A stretch of DNA of 64,000 nucleotides from Anaerolineaceae bacterium (GTDB lineage: Bacteria; Chloroflexota; Anaerolineae; Anaerolineales; E44-bin32), in assembly GCA_020350285.1 (NCBI GenBank), contig CP070708.1, positions 970,369 through 1,034,368 on the forward strand, written 5' to 3'. The notes beneath the pieces are model-generated. The model was given only the letters and a program-made list of their open reading frames with translations. It had not been told where the DNA came from and made no database searches. Positions 1 to 10,399 of the stretch are shown piece by piece. Each line of letters starts with the position of its first letter. Within the stretch, counting starts at the first letter, position 1. The position numbers and the translations under genes were made by a program.

Positions 1-471
1 TGGGACATTGAGATTGATGCACTGAAGCTGGGTCAACTGAATGTCGCTTACATCATTTCCGAATATCCCGTCGAGTCCATTGATGTAACTTTGATAGAAA
101 AAGACCAAGGGGTATACCTTTACCAGAATGAACTAGCCCGGCCCCGCGCATGGATCCAAGATTCTCAAGATCTCTCAGATCCGGAATGGCAGGCCGTTGA
201 TTCAATTGTGTGGACTCCGAATCAGATCACAATCATAGTGGAGGGCCCAGGGATTTTGGTGCTTAGTGAGGTCGCATATCCTGGGTGGAAGGTCGCTATC
301 GACGGGACGAATGTTGAGTTGCACGCGTTGGATGGCCTTTTCCGAAGCGTTAATCTAAGTCCAGGGGTGCATGAGGTTGTGTTTTGTTTTCAACCAAGGA
401 CTGTCTATTTGGGAAGCGTTATAACACTGATCACCCTTCTCGCTTTAATTGGGATATGGATACGAAGATGA
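1..471 (+). CDS. YfhO-family membrane glycosyltransferase, C-terminal fragment (5' end upstream of window)
   Basis: Frame 1 is open from nt 1 to the TGA at 469-471. The C-terminal block AYPGWKVAIDGTNVELHALDGLFRSVNLSPGVHEVVFCFQP plus a terminal TM helix parallels the C-terminus of the complete YfhO-like ORF at 2148-4415. Confidence 0.6.
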   Translation, partial: WDIEIDALKLGQLNVAYIISEYPVESIDVTLIEKDQGVYLYQNELARPRAWIQDSQDLSDPEWQAVDSIVWTPNQITIIVEGPGILVLSEVAYPGWKVAIDGTNVELHALDGLFRSVNLSPGVHEVVFCFQPRTVYLGSVITLITLLALIGIWIRR

Positions 472-2063
472 CCAAACGGGAACGTTCGTGGAATCTTCTC
501 TATTCTGTTGTATTGGTCATCTTTACATCCATCCCGTACATTCTCGGATATTTTACTCACGGCGACACTTGGCAATTCACGGGGTTCGTATTTGGTGTTG
601 AGGATGGAAATTCCTACATTGCCAAGATGCTCCTTGGATCACAAGGCGATTGGCTTTTCCGTACCCCTTACACGAGCCTTCCCCAGAGCGGTGTCGTAGC
701 ATTTCTCCCCTATTTAATTTTGGGAAAGCTTGCTGCGGGTGTGGCTATCCACGAGCAGATGGTGGCTTTGTTTCACCTTTTCCGAGTGTTCGCGACTCCC
801 GTTGCCGTATATGCAACGTATCATTTTGTGTCGATTTTTGTGGACTCAATTTGGTGGCGCCGTTGGGTAACGATCCTGGGGACTGCGGGGGGAGGATTAG
901 GATGGTTCTTAATCCTTATTGGGAACTCTCCATGGTTTGGGAGCTTGCCGCTTGATTTTTATTCACCAGAATCATTCGGTTTTCTATCTTATTACGGCCT
1001 TCCACATCTAATTCTTGCGAGGGCGTTCCTGCTTTTTGGTCTAAGCTTCTATCTTCAATCCATAGAATCAAACAAATCCGGTTGGATTGCTGGGATGTTC
1101 TTCTTGGGGCTCCTCATGGTCCAACCGATAACCATCGTGCCAGTGTATGCAATTGTCGCGACTCATATAGCCTTCATGACAGTGCGAGAGTTCCGGGATC
1201 GGAATTGGCAGAGCATCAAGCCTTGGTTGGATGCCGGTATGAAGATCCTTATCCTATCCTTGCCCTTGGTTTTGTACTTAGGATACTCCTTTACACAAGA
1301 TCCATTCTTAAGTGCGTGGACTTCTCAGAATCTCATCCTTTCACCAAACCCGTTGCATTACGTCATCGCATACGGTCTGATCCTTCTACCGACCCTGAAA
1401 GGCTTCTGGCGAGTAGTACAAGGCAGAAATTACAAAGGGTTGTTGTTGCTCGGATGGGTCATTCTTTTTCCGATACTAGCGTACGCGCCCTTCAACCTCC
1501 AACGTCGTCTACCAGAAGGAATTTGGGTCGCGCTCCTAGTTTTGTCGGCGATTGGTTTGGGGGATTGGTTGCAGGATAAGGTAAAGATCGAGCGTTGGGT
1601 CGGAAGGGCTACCCTAACATTTGGGCTTCTCAGCAGCCTGCTTCTTATTGCTGCTGGCATGGATGTTGCGATCAGACCTAAAGAACCAGCTTTTAGAAAA
1701 TACGAAGAAGTGGAGGCTTTTTCTTGGTTGAATGAGGAGGCGAAACCAAATTCCGTTGTGCTATCAGCTTTTGGTACTGGTAACGCACTCCCAGCATGGG
1801 CATCGGTACGTGTTGTTATTGGCCATGGTCCTGAGAGTGTTGATCTAGAGGAATTGGAACCTCAAGTGGATGCTTTCTATAGCGATAAGATGACGGATCT
1901 GGAACGACAGCAGTTCATCGGGAGTCATGATGTGGGGTATGTATGGTATGGTCCGCGAGAGAGAGCCATCGGTTCGTGGGATCCGACCCGATCAGATTTC
2001 CTGACTCTTACCTATAGCTATGCAGATATTTCAATCTACCGCGTTCAGAGACCTCATGAATGA
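468..2063 (+). CDS. polytopic integral membrane protein, putative GT-C-type glycosyltransferase (function uncertain)
   Basis: ATG at 468 overlaps the upstream stop (ATGA). More than 10 predicted hydrophobic helices are followed by a soluble C-terminal domain. It lies between two YfhO-like genes. I recognise no specific family. Confidence 0.55.
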   Translation: MTKRERSWNLLYSVVLVIFTSIPYILGYFTHGDTWQFTGFVFGVEDGNSYIAKMLLGSQGDWLFRTPYTSLPQSGVVAFLPYLILGKLAAGVAIHEQMVALFHLFRVFATPVAVYATYHFVSIFVDSIWWRRWVTILGTAGGGLGWFLILIGNSPWFGSLPLDFYSPESFGFLSYYGLPHLILARAFLLFGLSFYLQSIESNKSGWIAGMFFLGLLMVQPITIVPVYAIVATHIAFMTVREFRDRNWQSIKPWLDAGMKILILSLPLVLYLGYSFTQDPFLSAWTSQNLILSPNPLHYVIAYGLILLPTLKGFWRVVQGRNYKGLLLLGWVILFPILAYAPFNLQRRLPEGIWVALLVLSAIGLGDWLQDKVKIERWVGRATLTFGLLSSLLLIAAGMDVAIRPKEPAFRKYEEVEAFSWLNEEAKPNSVVLSAFGTGNALPAWASVRVVIGHGPESVDLEELEPQVDAFYSDKMTDLERQQFIGSHDVGYVWYGPRERAIGSWDPTRSDFLTLTYSYADISIYRVQRPHE

Positions 2064-2147
2064 GAAAAGCGATCCCTTCATTGAGGTTTTGTTTGTTAGG
2101 AAACTGCTACTCGGTTTGGGTATTGTGCCGACTATACAGATACTGTC

Positions 2148-4415
2148 ATGAGTACGATTAAGGCAAAACATCTACCGATTATTTTGGTTGTCCTCGGACC
2201 ACTTATCCTTTTCGGACCCATGCTTCTGCGTGGTGAGGCCTTATTCTGGGGAACACCATTACTTCAATTTGTGCCTTGGCGAGAATTTGCATTTCAAACT
2301 CTTAGCGAAGGTTACCTGCCGTTATGGAATCCGCAACTTGGGATGGGTGCTCCTTTATTCGCAAATTATCAATCAGCACTACTCTACCCGCCAAATGTTC
2401 TGCTTGTGATCACAGGATCAGCATGGGGGCATGGGCTATTGGTAACACTCCATCTGATGTGGGCGGGTATTGGGATGGTAGTCCTGACGCGTCGGCTTGG
2501 CTTGGGTTTCCTGGGGCAAACTGTATCCGCCTTAGCCTTCGGTTTATCAGGATACCTCGTGGCAAGAGGTGGGTTCCTGAGCATCAATGCCGCTGTTGCA
2601 TGGTTGCCATGGATTCTCTTAACGGTCGATCGGCTTGGAAAATGCGTGGAGATGGATGGGTGGAGCAGGGATACGATAAAAGCCACTTTGTGGTTTAGCG
2701 CAGCCCTCGCACTCCAATGGCTTGCAGGTCACGCCCAAACTGCTTGGTACACCTTCCTTATCGCTTGCACATGGGCGTGTTGGATGACAATCCGTTCCGG
2801 TGGTTGGAATGGGCTAAAGCGCCTTAGCGTTCATCTCATTGGGGCCGCCGTACTCGCTTTTGGGTTATCGGCGGTCCAGTTGCTCCCTACAGTGGAGTAT
2901 CTCCTAAACTCCCACCGAGTTTCATATCTCGATCCTGAGTTTGCACTGACCTACTCGTTCTGGCCTTGGCGTCTGCTTGATCTATTCCTGCCTGGTCTTT
3001 TCGGTAATCCCGCGCAAGGAAATTATTGGGGCTATGGGAATTACTGGGAAGACGCGATTTATGTGGGGATACTGCCTTTTATCTTAGCCCTGATCGCAAT
3101 TTGGCGAGGTCTCCGCGGGAAGGATCAAGCATCTCTTATCCGATTTCTTCTAGGTCTAGCTCTTATAGCTTTTATTTTCGCTCTCGGGAAGAACACCCCT
3201 ATCTTCCCGCTGCTATTTCGTCACGTACCGACCTTTAACCTATTTCAGGCGCCATCCCGATGGAATCTGATCCTGATCTTCGTTTTGGCTATGTTGGCGG
3301 GAATAGGCGCTGAGTATTTACGCCCCCCAACGGGCCGAACGCTTTATTGGACGCGGTTGGGCACCGTGGGGGCAGCAGTTGTGGGTTTCGCAGCTTGGAT
3401 AGGATCGCTACTTATCGAGGGTGTGGAACCGAGCTTCATCCGCGCTTTTACTGTATCGGGATTCTGGTTGTTCGTGGCTGGTGTCATCATCCTGAAAGTG
3501 CCAGAGGGCTTCTCATGGAAATGGGTAGTCATTGTGGGTTTGGTGGTTTTGACTGATCTAGCCTACGCGGGGTTCGGGTTGAATCCCAGCGTTCCTTTAA
3601 GCGTATTTCGGGGAGACAGTGCCCTTAAGGATATCGTCGCAGATGAGCATCGAGTGTATATGCCCTCCGATGTGGAATACCAGCTGAAATTTAAACAGAC
3701 TCACCGTTTCGATACTTTTAACCCGGACATAGATTGGCGAATTGTACGTGATATCGGTTTGCCGAACACGCCAATCTTGAATGACATCGCCTCAGCCAAC
3801 AATTTCGACCCTTTACTGCCCGATCGCTATGTCCAATGGACTGAGATGATCGAAGAAGCGTCACCTGACCACCGTTTGAATCTCCTTACTCTGATGGATG
3901 TGGGATGGCTTGCGGTTTTGGATCCAGGATCGGATTTGGGCGTGAGATATGAAGCCGTGCCTGGTGCTGAGAGAATTAGGATGGTTTCAGAAGCTGTGGT
4001 TGTGAGTTCCGCTGCTGAAGCTCTTTCCATTGTGTCCAAACCTGATTTTGATCCCATGAGAATTGTTGTGCTCGAGGATGATACTTTGTCGTCCCTTCCA
4101 TCCGGCGGAGGAGGTGAGTTTATCCTAATTGAAAACTCAGATCCGTCAGTGGTGAATATTCGTGTAGAAACAACCGAGGGATCATGGCTGCTTCTCTCAG
4201 ATACCTGGTATCCGGGCTGGAGTGTCGAGTTGGATGGTGCAGAAACAAAGCTTTACAAGGCTGATTTTCTCTTTCGAGCGGTTTGGGTTCCCCCAGGTAC
4301 GCATAGCATTGAATTTCGCTATCGCTCTCCGCTCTTCTTTATTGGAGCGGTGTTGAGTGTTTTAGGATGGTTGGCTATGGCAGGGATTGGATGGCGATGG
4401 CGAAAGCTAGAATAA
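2148..4415 (+). CDS. YfhO-family membrane glycosyltransferase (GT-C fold)
   Basis: 755 aa. The N-terminus (LFWGTPLLQFVPWREFAFQTLSEGYLPLWNPQLGMGAPLFANYQSALLYPPN) and C-terminus (WYPGWSVELDGAETKLYKADFLFRAVWVPPGTHSIEFRY plus a terminal TM helix) match my remembered YfhO signature. Many TM helices. Confidence 0.8.
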   Translation: MSTIKAKHLPIILVVLGPLILFGPMLLRGEALFWGTPLLQFVPWREFAFQTLSEGYLPLWNPQLGMGAPLFANYQSALLYPPNVLLVITGSAWGHGLLVTLHLMWAGIGMVVLTRRLGLGFLGQTVSALAFGLSGYLVARGGFLSINAAVAWLPWILLTVDRLGKCVEMDGWSRDTIKATLWFSAALALQWLAGHAQTAWYTFLIACTWACWMTIRSGGWNGLKRLSVHLIGAAVLAFGLSAVQLLPTVEYLLNSHRVSYLDPEFALTYSFWPWRLLDLFLPGLFGNPAQGNYWGYGNYWEDAIYVGILPFILALIAIWRGLRGKDQASLIRFLLGLALIAFIFALGKNTPIFPLLFRHVPTFNLFQAPSRWNLILIFVLAMLAGIGAEYLRPPTGRTLYWTRLGTVGAAVVGFAAWIGSLLIEGVEPSFIRAFTVSGFWLFVAGVIILKVPEGFSWKWVVIVGLVVLTDLAYAGFGLNPSVPLSVFRGDSALKDIVADEHRVYMPSDVEYQLKFKQTHRFDTFNPDIDWRIVRDIGLPNTPILNDIASANNFDPLLPDRYVQWTEMIEEASPDHRLNLLTLMDVGWLAVLDPGSDLGVRYEAVPGAERIRMVSEAVVVSSAAEALSIVSKPDFDPMRIVVLEDDTLSSLPSGGGGEFILIENSDPSVVNIRVETTEGSWLLLSDTWYPGWSVELDGAETKLYKADFLFRAVWVPPGTHSIEFRYRSPLFFIGAVLSVLGWLAMAGIGWRWRKLE

Positions 4416-5497
4416 GGACAAACTGGCCAACCCTCGTTGCGTTGTTCGTCTCATGCGCTTATGTGCTTTGGCGGTTATCAGCTTCCGGCTGGGATCCCGT
4501 ATCCTTGGCCGAATTGGGATCGCGTTACGCAGGCAGCGTTCAGGCGGACACCGAAGGGTATGATGGACAGTTCACGTATTACCTCGCTTTAGACCCTAAT
4601 CCGAGCACAGTTGAGAAGCGGCTAGATGTCCCAGCTTATCGCTATCAGAGGATTCTCTATCCAATCCTTGCGAGGGTAATTTCCGTTGGGGATCTGTCGA
4701 TCATTCCATGGGCACTTCTGGCGATTAATGTGGTGGCTCACGCAATTGGTACATGGGCGGTGACGCAGTTCTTGGTCGATCATGACCTATGGCAGGGGTA
4801 TGCGCTTATCTATGGTCTTTGGGTCGGGTTGGTCGTTGGGGTTGGTCTCGATCTTAGTGGTCCCCTGGCATATGCCCTTGTCGTAACAGGATGGCTTCTC
4901 TATCACCGTAGGCATTATCTTCTTGGCGCCTCTTTGATCGGGCTGGCACTGTTCACTAAGGAAACAAGTCTATTATTCTGGTTTCCACTTTTATTATCAG
5001 AACTATTGCAGAAGCGGAGCTGGCGTACGATATCTGGGCTATATGCAGGAGGTATCCTGTTTGTTGGTTGGCAGTTATGGTTGTGGCGGGAATTTGGTGC
5101 TCCAGGCTTAGGCAGTGGGGGAGCGATGGCCACTCCCTTTGAATGGATACCTTATATGGGGCTATGGAGAATCGGTCCAATCAGTATGGCGACTTTAGGG
5201 CTTTACCTCTTGATGTTTGGTCCAACGATTGTCCTGCCTTCCGCATGGGGGGTGTTTCATAGTCTTCGAGCGCTTCGTCGTGGTGAGATATATGCTGAGA
5301 CCTGGGCGTTATTAATTAACACCCTTTTCATTGTTGTCATGCCTTTTTCAACCTTCAGGGAACCATTGAGTATCTTACGAGTTGCAGCAGGTATGGTCGT
5401 CGCAGTAATCCTCTATGCTGCCAAACGAGGTGATAAACGGGTACTAAATTATGGGATGTTCTGGGCGCCTCTATTGGTGGTGCTTCTCAAAGGGTGA
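4391..5497 (+). CDS. polytopic membrane protein, possible glycopolymer-assembly/GT-C-like protein
   Basis: About 10 TM helices and a conserved-looking block GYDGQFTYYLALDPNP...VPAYRYQRILYPILARV. The start is ambiguous (4367, 4391 or 4397) and overlaps the upstream stop at 4415. Confidence 0.6.
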   Translation: MAMAKARIRTNWPTLVALFVSCAYVLWRLSASGWDPVSLAELGSRYAGSVQADTEGYDGQFTYYLALDPNPSTVEKRLDVPAYRYQRILYPILARVISVGDLSIIPWALLAINVVAHAIGTWAVTQFLVDHDLWQGYALIYGLWVGLVVGVGLDLSGPLAYALVVTGWLLYHRRHYLLGASLIGLALFTKETSLLFWFPLLLSELLQKRSWRTISGLYAGGILFVGWQLWLWREFGAPGLGSGGAMATPFEWIPYMGLWRIGPISMATLGLYLLMFGPTIVLPSAWGVFHSLRALRRGEIYAETWALLINTLFIVVMPFSTFREPLSILRVAAGMVVAVILYAAKRGDKRVLNYGMFWAPLLVVLLKG

Positions 5498-5723
5498 TTC
5501 AAATTACGTTACATACACCTTGAGTTCGTTGATTTTACATACAATCCTCTATTAGTAAATATAACCCCACAACGCACACAGACTTTCTAAGGAGAGCCAT
5601 GTTTCGAGTGTTCTCACTATGAATTAATTTAGAACCATACAGGGTACAATTTGGGACGAAATGAGAGGACAAATGTCCACCGAAGTATTCAAATACGTCT
5701 CAGCATATCCATAGGGTTATTAC

Positions 5724-6671
5724 GTGGAAGATGTCCAGAAACTTGCAGATCGTCTGATTGCTAATATCGAGAAGGTGATCATCGGAAAGACCGAGGCCGT
5801 CCGATTGACCGTCCTTGGTCTACTCTGTCGAGGGCACATCCTTATCGAGGATGTACCAGGCACTGGCAAAACGATGCTCGCTAGAAGCCTCGCGCAATCG
5901 ATCGGTTGCACCTTCCGCCGTATCCAATTCACGCCCGATATGCTTCCTAGTGATATTACCGGTGTATCCATTTTTAATCAGAAATCTCGAGAGTTTGAAT
6001 TCCGCCCAGGTCCGATCATGGCCCAGATCGTACTTACGGATGAGATTAACCGAGCGACGCCAAAAACACAGTCAGCGCTGCTCGAAGCGATGGAAGAGCG
6101 ACAGGTCACAGTTGATGGTGTGACTTATCCTACACCTGAGCTGTTCATGGTTCTCGCGACTCAGAACACCATCGAATACGAAGGGACCTTTCCTTTGCCA
6201 GAGGCACAACTTGATCGTTTTCTCTTGAGAATTCACCTCGGTTACCCCGGCACGTTAAATGAGATTGAGATGATGCAGAGGCAGAAGCTTGGGCACCCCA
6301 TCCACGAATTGGAAAGTGAAATCGGTGTGGAGGATCTACTGGCTGCCCAATCAGCGATTCAGAAAATCACCCTCACAGATGAGATAGAGCGCTATATTGT
6401 CGATCTTGTTGAGGGAACTCGCGGTCATGATGAGGTATATCTCGGTGCCAGTCCGAGAGGAAGCTTAGCATTGTACCGCACTTCTCAAGCTCTGGCGGCT
6501 ATTATGGGTCGTGATTATGTCATCCCAGATGATGTGAAACAAATGGCTGTCCCAACCTTGGCTCATCGATTGGTCCTTGCTTCAGCCGCTAGGATTCAAG
6601 AGATTGATGCCAGAGATATTATTCAAGAATTGACTCGCAAAATTCCTATCCCAGGCGGTGAGGGAATTTGA
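5724..6671 (+). CDS. moxR: MoxR-family AAA+ ATPase
   Basis: GTG start. Motifs seen: [36 protein letters not shown] (Walker A), [30 protein letters not shown] (Walker B/sensor), and a C-terminal ASPRGSLAL lid. Confidence 0.9.
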   Translation: MEDVQKLADRLIANIEKVIIGKTEAVRLTVLGLLCRGHILIEDVPGTGKTMLARSLAQSIGCTFRRIQFTPDMLPSDITGVSIFNQKSREFEFRPGPIMAQIVLTDEINRATPKTQSALLEAMEERQVTVDGVTYPTPELFMVLATQNTIEYEGTFPLPEAQLDRFLLRIHLGYPGTLNEIEMMQRQKLGHPIHELESEIGVEDLLAAQSAIQKITLTDEIERYIVDLVEGTRGHDEVYLGASPRGSLALYRTSQALAAIMGRDYVIPDDVKQMAVPTLAHRLVLASAARIQEIDARDIIQELTRKIPIPGGEGI

Positions 6672-6796
6672 TGTGTTTTATGAAGGGAGTGGTGAGGATC
6701 CTCACTGCTTCTATTTGGTCGATACCATGAAATAACGGATGTGTAGCTCCCTTGTTTGATGTCTTTATCTTGCCCAGCTATCAATCGGAGCGATAG

Positions 6797-8353
6797 ATGC
6801 AACAACGTTATCTGAACGTGACCGTATTCGCCGCAGGGATGACCACCCTTGCGATCGAATTGTCGGCTTCACGTTTGCTTGGAAACATTTTTGGGACGAG
6901 TAACATCGTATGGGCAAATATCATTGGCTTGATTCTGGTCTATCTGGCGGCAGGATATTTCATCGGTGGACGTTGGGCCGATCGTTCACCATATGCGGAT
7001 ACCTTTTACAGATTGATCGCGTGGGGAGCATTCACGGCTGGGTTGATCCCGATTGTGGCTAGGCCTGTACTACTGAACGCGGCGAGGGCCGTGGAACGCT
7101 TAGATTCAGCCGTCATGATTGGCTCATTTATTGTTGTTCTGATCCTCTTTAGCCTCCCCGTTACACTACTTGGTTGCGTTTCGCCTTTTGCCATCAGGCT
7201 AGCGATCAGCGACACGGAGCAAGCTGGCCGTGTGTCGGGACGGATCTATGCGCTTTCAACATTAGGTTCAATACTCGGCACTTTTCTCCCCGTGTTGTTG
7301 CTGATCCCCTGGATTGGTACCGCCCGAACTTTCCTCGTTTTCAGCTTTGGGCTTCTGGCTGTGGCTTTAATTGGATTGGGCATGGAGAGTTGGCGCTCAG
7401 CGGTTAAACAAGTGTGGATGCCGATCCTTCTAATCATCTTAGCAGCGATAGCCTTACCTGGACCTGTGAAAAATACCACCGGACTGATCTACGAGAAGGA
7501 ATCGGCCTATAACTATATTCAGGTTGTCGAAGAGAAGCCTGGAGGCATACGTTATCTTCTATTGAACGAAGGACAGGGGATTCACTCCGTTTACGCACCA
7601 GATTTGGAAGTTACCTACGGAACATGGGACTATTTCCTCGTTGCGCCTTTCTTTAACACACCTCCTGTCCCCCTGGAAAGCGTGGATCGACTTGGGCTGG
7701 TGGGTCTTGCCGCGGGAACGATCGCGAAACAATACACTCAAGTGTTCGGACCAGTCCCGATTGATGGATGGGAGATCGATCCGGATATTGTGGAGACTGG
7801 AAAGTTGTTGTTCTCAATGAACGAGCCGAACTTAAATGTGATCGTCGCCGATGGGCGCTGGGGACTTGCCCGTAGCACGGCTCGGTACAGTGTGATCGGC
7901 GTGGACGCTTATAGGTTACCTTACATACCATGGCACCTGACCACACAGGAATTTTTCCTTGAGGTTTATGACCATCTCGAATCTAATGGCGTGATGGTTA
8001 TAAATGTCGGTCGCACGCCAGATGATCGAAGATTGATCGAGGCGATGGTTGGCACAGTCGGATCGGTGTTCTCTACGGTCCATGTGGTTGATGTACCTAA
8101 TACATTTAACACCATCCTTTACGGTACTGTTCAACCAACAGACGCTGAGAGTTTAGTAGCGAATCATATCTTGCTACAGAATGAAGGTGCTCCGCTGGCA
8201 TTGTTGGATTCGATGAAGCGAGCGATTGATAATCTCCAACCAACACCAAAGTCTGATATCGTCTTCACGGATGATTGGGCTCCGGTTGAGACATTAACCA
8301 ACGCAATGGCGATACAGTTCATTCTCGGCGGGGAGTTGGATATCCTGCGCTAG
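6797..8353 (+). CDS. membrane-fused spermidine synthase-like (polyamine aminopropyltransferase-fold) protein
   Basis: An N-terminal multi-TM region of about 210 aa (LAIELSASRLLGNIFG...) is followed by a SAM-MTase/spermidine-synthase-like domain (YNYIQVVEE...RYLLLNEGQGIHS...LGLVGLAAGT...IGVDAYR). Confidence 0.75.
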   Translation: MQQRYLNVTVFAAGMTTLAIELSASRLLGNIFGTSNIVWANIIGLILVYLAAGYFIGGRWADRSPYADTFYRLIAWGAFTAGLIPIVARPVLLNAARAVERLDSAVMIGSFIVVLILFSLPVTLLGCVSPFAIRLAISDTEQAGRVSGRIYALSTLGSILGTFLPVLLLIPWIGTARTFLVFSFGLLAVALIGLGMESWRSAVKQVWMPILLIILAAIALPGPVKNTTGLIYEKESAYNYIQVVEEKPGGIRYLLLNEGQGIHSVYAPDLEVTYGTWDYFLVAPFFNTPPVPLESVDRLGLVGLAAGTIAKQYTQVFGPVPIDGWEIDPDIVETGKLLFSMNEPNLNVIVADGRWGLARSTARYSVIGVDAYRLPYIPWHLTTQEFFLEVYDHLESNGVMVINVGRTPDDRRLIEAMVGTVGSVFSTVHVVDVPNTFNTILYGTVQPTDAESLVANHILLQNEGAPLALLDSMKRAIDNLQPTPKSDIVFTDDWAPVETLTNAMAIQFILGGELDILR

Positions 8354-8366
8354 ATGGGAGCAGATT

Positions 8367-9053
8367 GTGGATTCCAGTACTCGATGGCAGAGCATCACCT
8401 ATTGGATCTTGCAGATCCTCATTCCTGTGATACTCATTTTGTCGAGCGTGTGGATCATGCTCAATACGGCAAAGTGGTGGGTTCAGATCGAATATCGGCT
8501 CCCGGGATTTCCGGAAGATCGGTATGGTTTTACGCTGGAGGATAGACTCTATTGGTCGGCGATTGATATTGATTTTCTGCTCAATGACGAAGAACTCGAC
8601 TACTTTGATGATTTCCACTTAGAGGATGGATCACCAATGCATAACCAGCGAGAGCTAAGGCACATGGATGATGTTAAACGCCTCATCCACGTTATTTGGT
8701 ATGTGTTGGGTTTTGGATTGATTCTCGTTTTATTACTTGAGTTGTCCCTTGTGCTTTACGCTGATCCAAGCGTCGCGCTGGAAGCCCTTAGGAGAGGCGC
8801 TCGAAACACACTCATCCTGGTGGGGCTGCTCATCTTGGGCGTGATTGTGAGTTTTGGCATCTTGTTTGTTGGGTTTCACCGAATCTTCTTCGAGGGGGAC
8901 ACTTGGATCTTCCTTTTTTCCGATACATTTATCCGGCTTTACCCAGAACGATTCTGGCGCGACACATTTATATTCCTCGCTTTACTCACTGCGCTCGTGA
9001 CGGTTGTTGTTTATCTGCTTTCGAACATTCTCTTGAGAAGATTGCGACATTAA
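8367..9053 (+). CDS. TIGR01906/DUF1461-like integral membrane protein
   Basis: Four TM helices. The block FHRIFFEGDTWIFLFSDTFIRLYPERFWRD resembles the signature of that family as I remember it. GTG start. Confidence 0.6.
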   Translation: MDSSTRWQSITYWILQILIPVILILSSVWIMLNTAKWWVQIEYRLPGFPEDRYGFTLEDRLYWSAIDIDFLLNDEELDYFDDFHLEDGSPMHNQRELRHMDDVKRLIHVIWYVLGFGLILVLLLELSLVLYADPSVALEALRRGARNTLILVGLLILGVIVSFGILFVGFHRIFFEGDTWIFLFSDTFIRLYPERFWRDTFIFLALLTALVTVVVYLLSNILLRRLRH

Positions 9054-9103
9054 ACGCATGCCTTAAAGTTGATCACAGACCATAAGATGCTACACAACAT
9101 AAA

Positions 9104-9129
9104 TAGGAGCGCACAATCGTGCGCTCCTA
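9104..9129. repeat. GC-rich palindromic intergenic repeat (family A variant)
   Basis: TAGGAGCGCAC-AATC-GTGCGCTCCTA is a perfect 11-bp stem. It lies between convergent genes (ends at 9053 and 9168). It differs from the 17609 and 31933 copies by a paired G>A / C>T change. Confidence 0.8.
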
Positions 9130-9167
9130 AGTTATTTGTGAAATAAACACAATATCGTTACCGTTCT

Positions 9168-10379
9168 TCAAGCCCCATATTTCTCAAGTCGTTCGGCATG
9201 TGCCATTAGACGTGGCATTAGATCGACCGTAGGAAAGGTCCCATAACCACCCTGGGCACATGTGCGTTCACCAAACGTCATCTGGGTATCAGGTAGTCCT
9301 GTTGCAGGCGCCCACAATAAAGTCGGGATGGGATGCCAGGAGTGCCTTTTCAAACGCACTGGCGTGGAATGGTCACCGGTCACACAGAGAACATCGGGTT
9401 TCAGGTCTAACAGTGATGGAAGTGCATCGTCCACGGTTTCGATGACGTCGACCTTTCCCTTGTAATTTCCATCCTCACCCATGCTGTCGGTCTTCTTTAT
9501 ATGGATGAAGAAGAAATCAAATTCCTCCCAAATCTCTCCTGCTGTACGGAATTCATCCATGGGAGAGTCGCCCTGGAAGTCCTTTACCTCCATGCCAACG
9601 AGTCGTGAGACGCCCCGATACATTGGGTAGACTGCGATGCAAACCGCTTTGAGTCCATAGATCTCAGGGAACTGCGGTAAGGCAGGATCGGTAGAGAAGC
9701 CGCGAAGTGTCAGCCCATTTGCTCTGATCTCTCCCGCAAGTCGTGCTCGAGCCTCTTTGATCCAGCTTTCCACGAGATCAGCAGCTCTCTGTGATCCCTT
9801 CTCCCTCGCTTGAACTGGTAAGGGTTCAACTCCGGTCGCTTGTGGGTCGGTATCCTCAAGCTCAGGTTCTAGATCCTCACCACGCATGACGATTGCGAAC
9901 CGATACTCACGGACATGTTGTACATCGACCTCCACGCCTGGGATTTGGATCTCCGACAAACGTCCAACAAGAGGTATCGCCTCATCGGAGGGTATTCGTC
10001 CAGCGCGGCGATCAACGATCAGACCATTCGAATCGAGTGTGCAAAAATTACCTCGAGCAGCAATGTCCCCCTTGTTCACCTTCATTCCAATCCCCGTGGC
10101 TTCGAGAACCCCTCGGCCGACATCATAGTGAATCGGGTCATAACCGAACAACGCTAAGTGAGCCGGCCCTGAGCCAGGTGTTATACCCGGTCGAATTGGG
10201 ACCATTTGCCCCAGTGTACCTTCCGAAGCCAATCGATCTAGATTGGGTTTCCGCGCAGCTTCTAATTCCGTTGGCCCTCCCGGTTCAACGGGTAACCCAC
10301 CGAGACCATCCAGCGTTAGGAGGACGATTTTACTGTCATTTTTTAGGTGTAATTGACGCATCAAATCGAAATCTGCCAT
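9168..10379 (-). CDS. apgM: cofactor-independent phosphoglycerate mutase, archaeal-type (ApgM)
   Basis: 403 aa. Motifs seen: KIVLLTLDGLGG...RKPNLDRLASEGTLGQM...TPGSGPAHLALFGYDP and C-terminal VTGDHSTP, the alkaline-phosphatase-superfamily metal site. Confidence 0.85.
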   Translation of the reverse strand: MADFDLMRQLHLKNDSKIVLLTLDGLGGLPVEPGGPTELEAARKPNLDRLASEGTLGQMVPIRPGITPGSGPAHLALFGYDPIHYDVGRGVLEATGIGMKVNKGDIAARGNFCTLDSNGLIVDRRAGRIPSDEAIPLVGRLSEIQIPGVEVDVQHVREYRFAIVMRGEDLEPELEDTDPQATGVEPLPVQAREKGSQRAADLVESWIKEARARLAGEIRANGLTLRGFSTDPALPQFPEIYGLKAVCIAVYPMYRGVSRLVGMEVKDFQGDSPMDEFRTAGEIWEEFDFFFIHIKKTDSMGEDGNYKGKVDVIETVDDALPSLLDLKPDVLCVTGDHSTPVRLKRHSWHPIPTLLWAPATGLPDTQMTFGERTCAQGGYGTFPTVDLMPRLMAHAERLEKYGA

Positions 10380-10399
10380 TTACATACCCTTATTTGGGA

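Noticed and set aside
5598-5621. 7-codon mini-ORF (MFRVFSL) after AAGGAG in the spacer upstream of moxR
   Set aside because: It is too short and isolated to distinguish from chance, and there is no associated terminator or attenuator structure.
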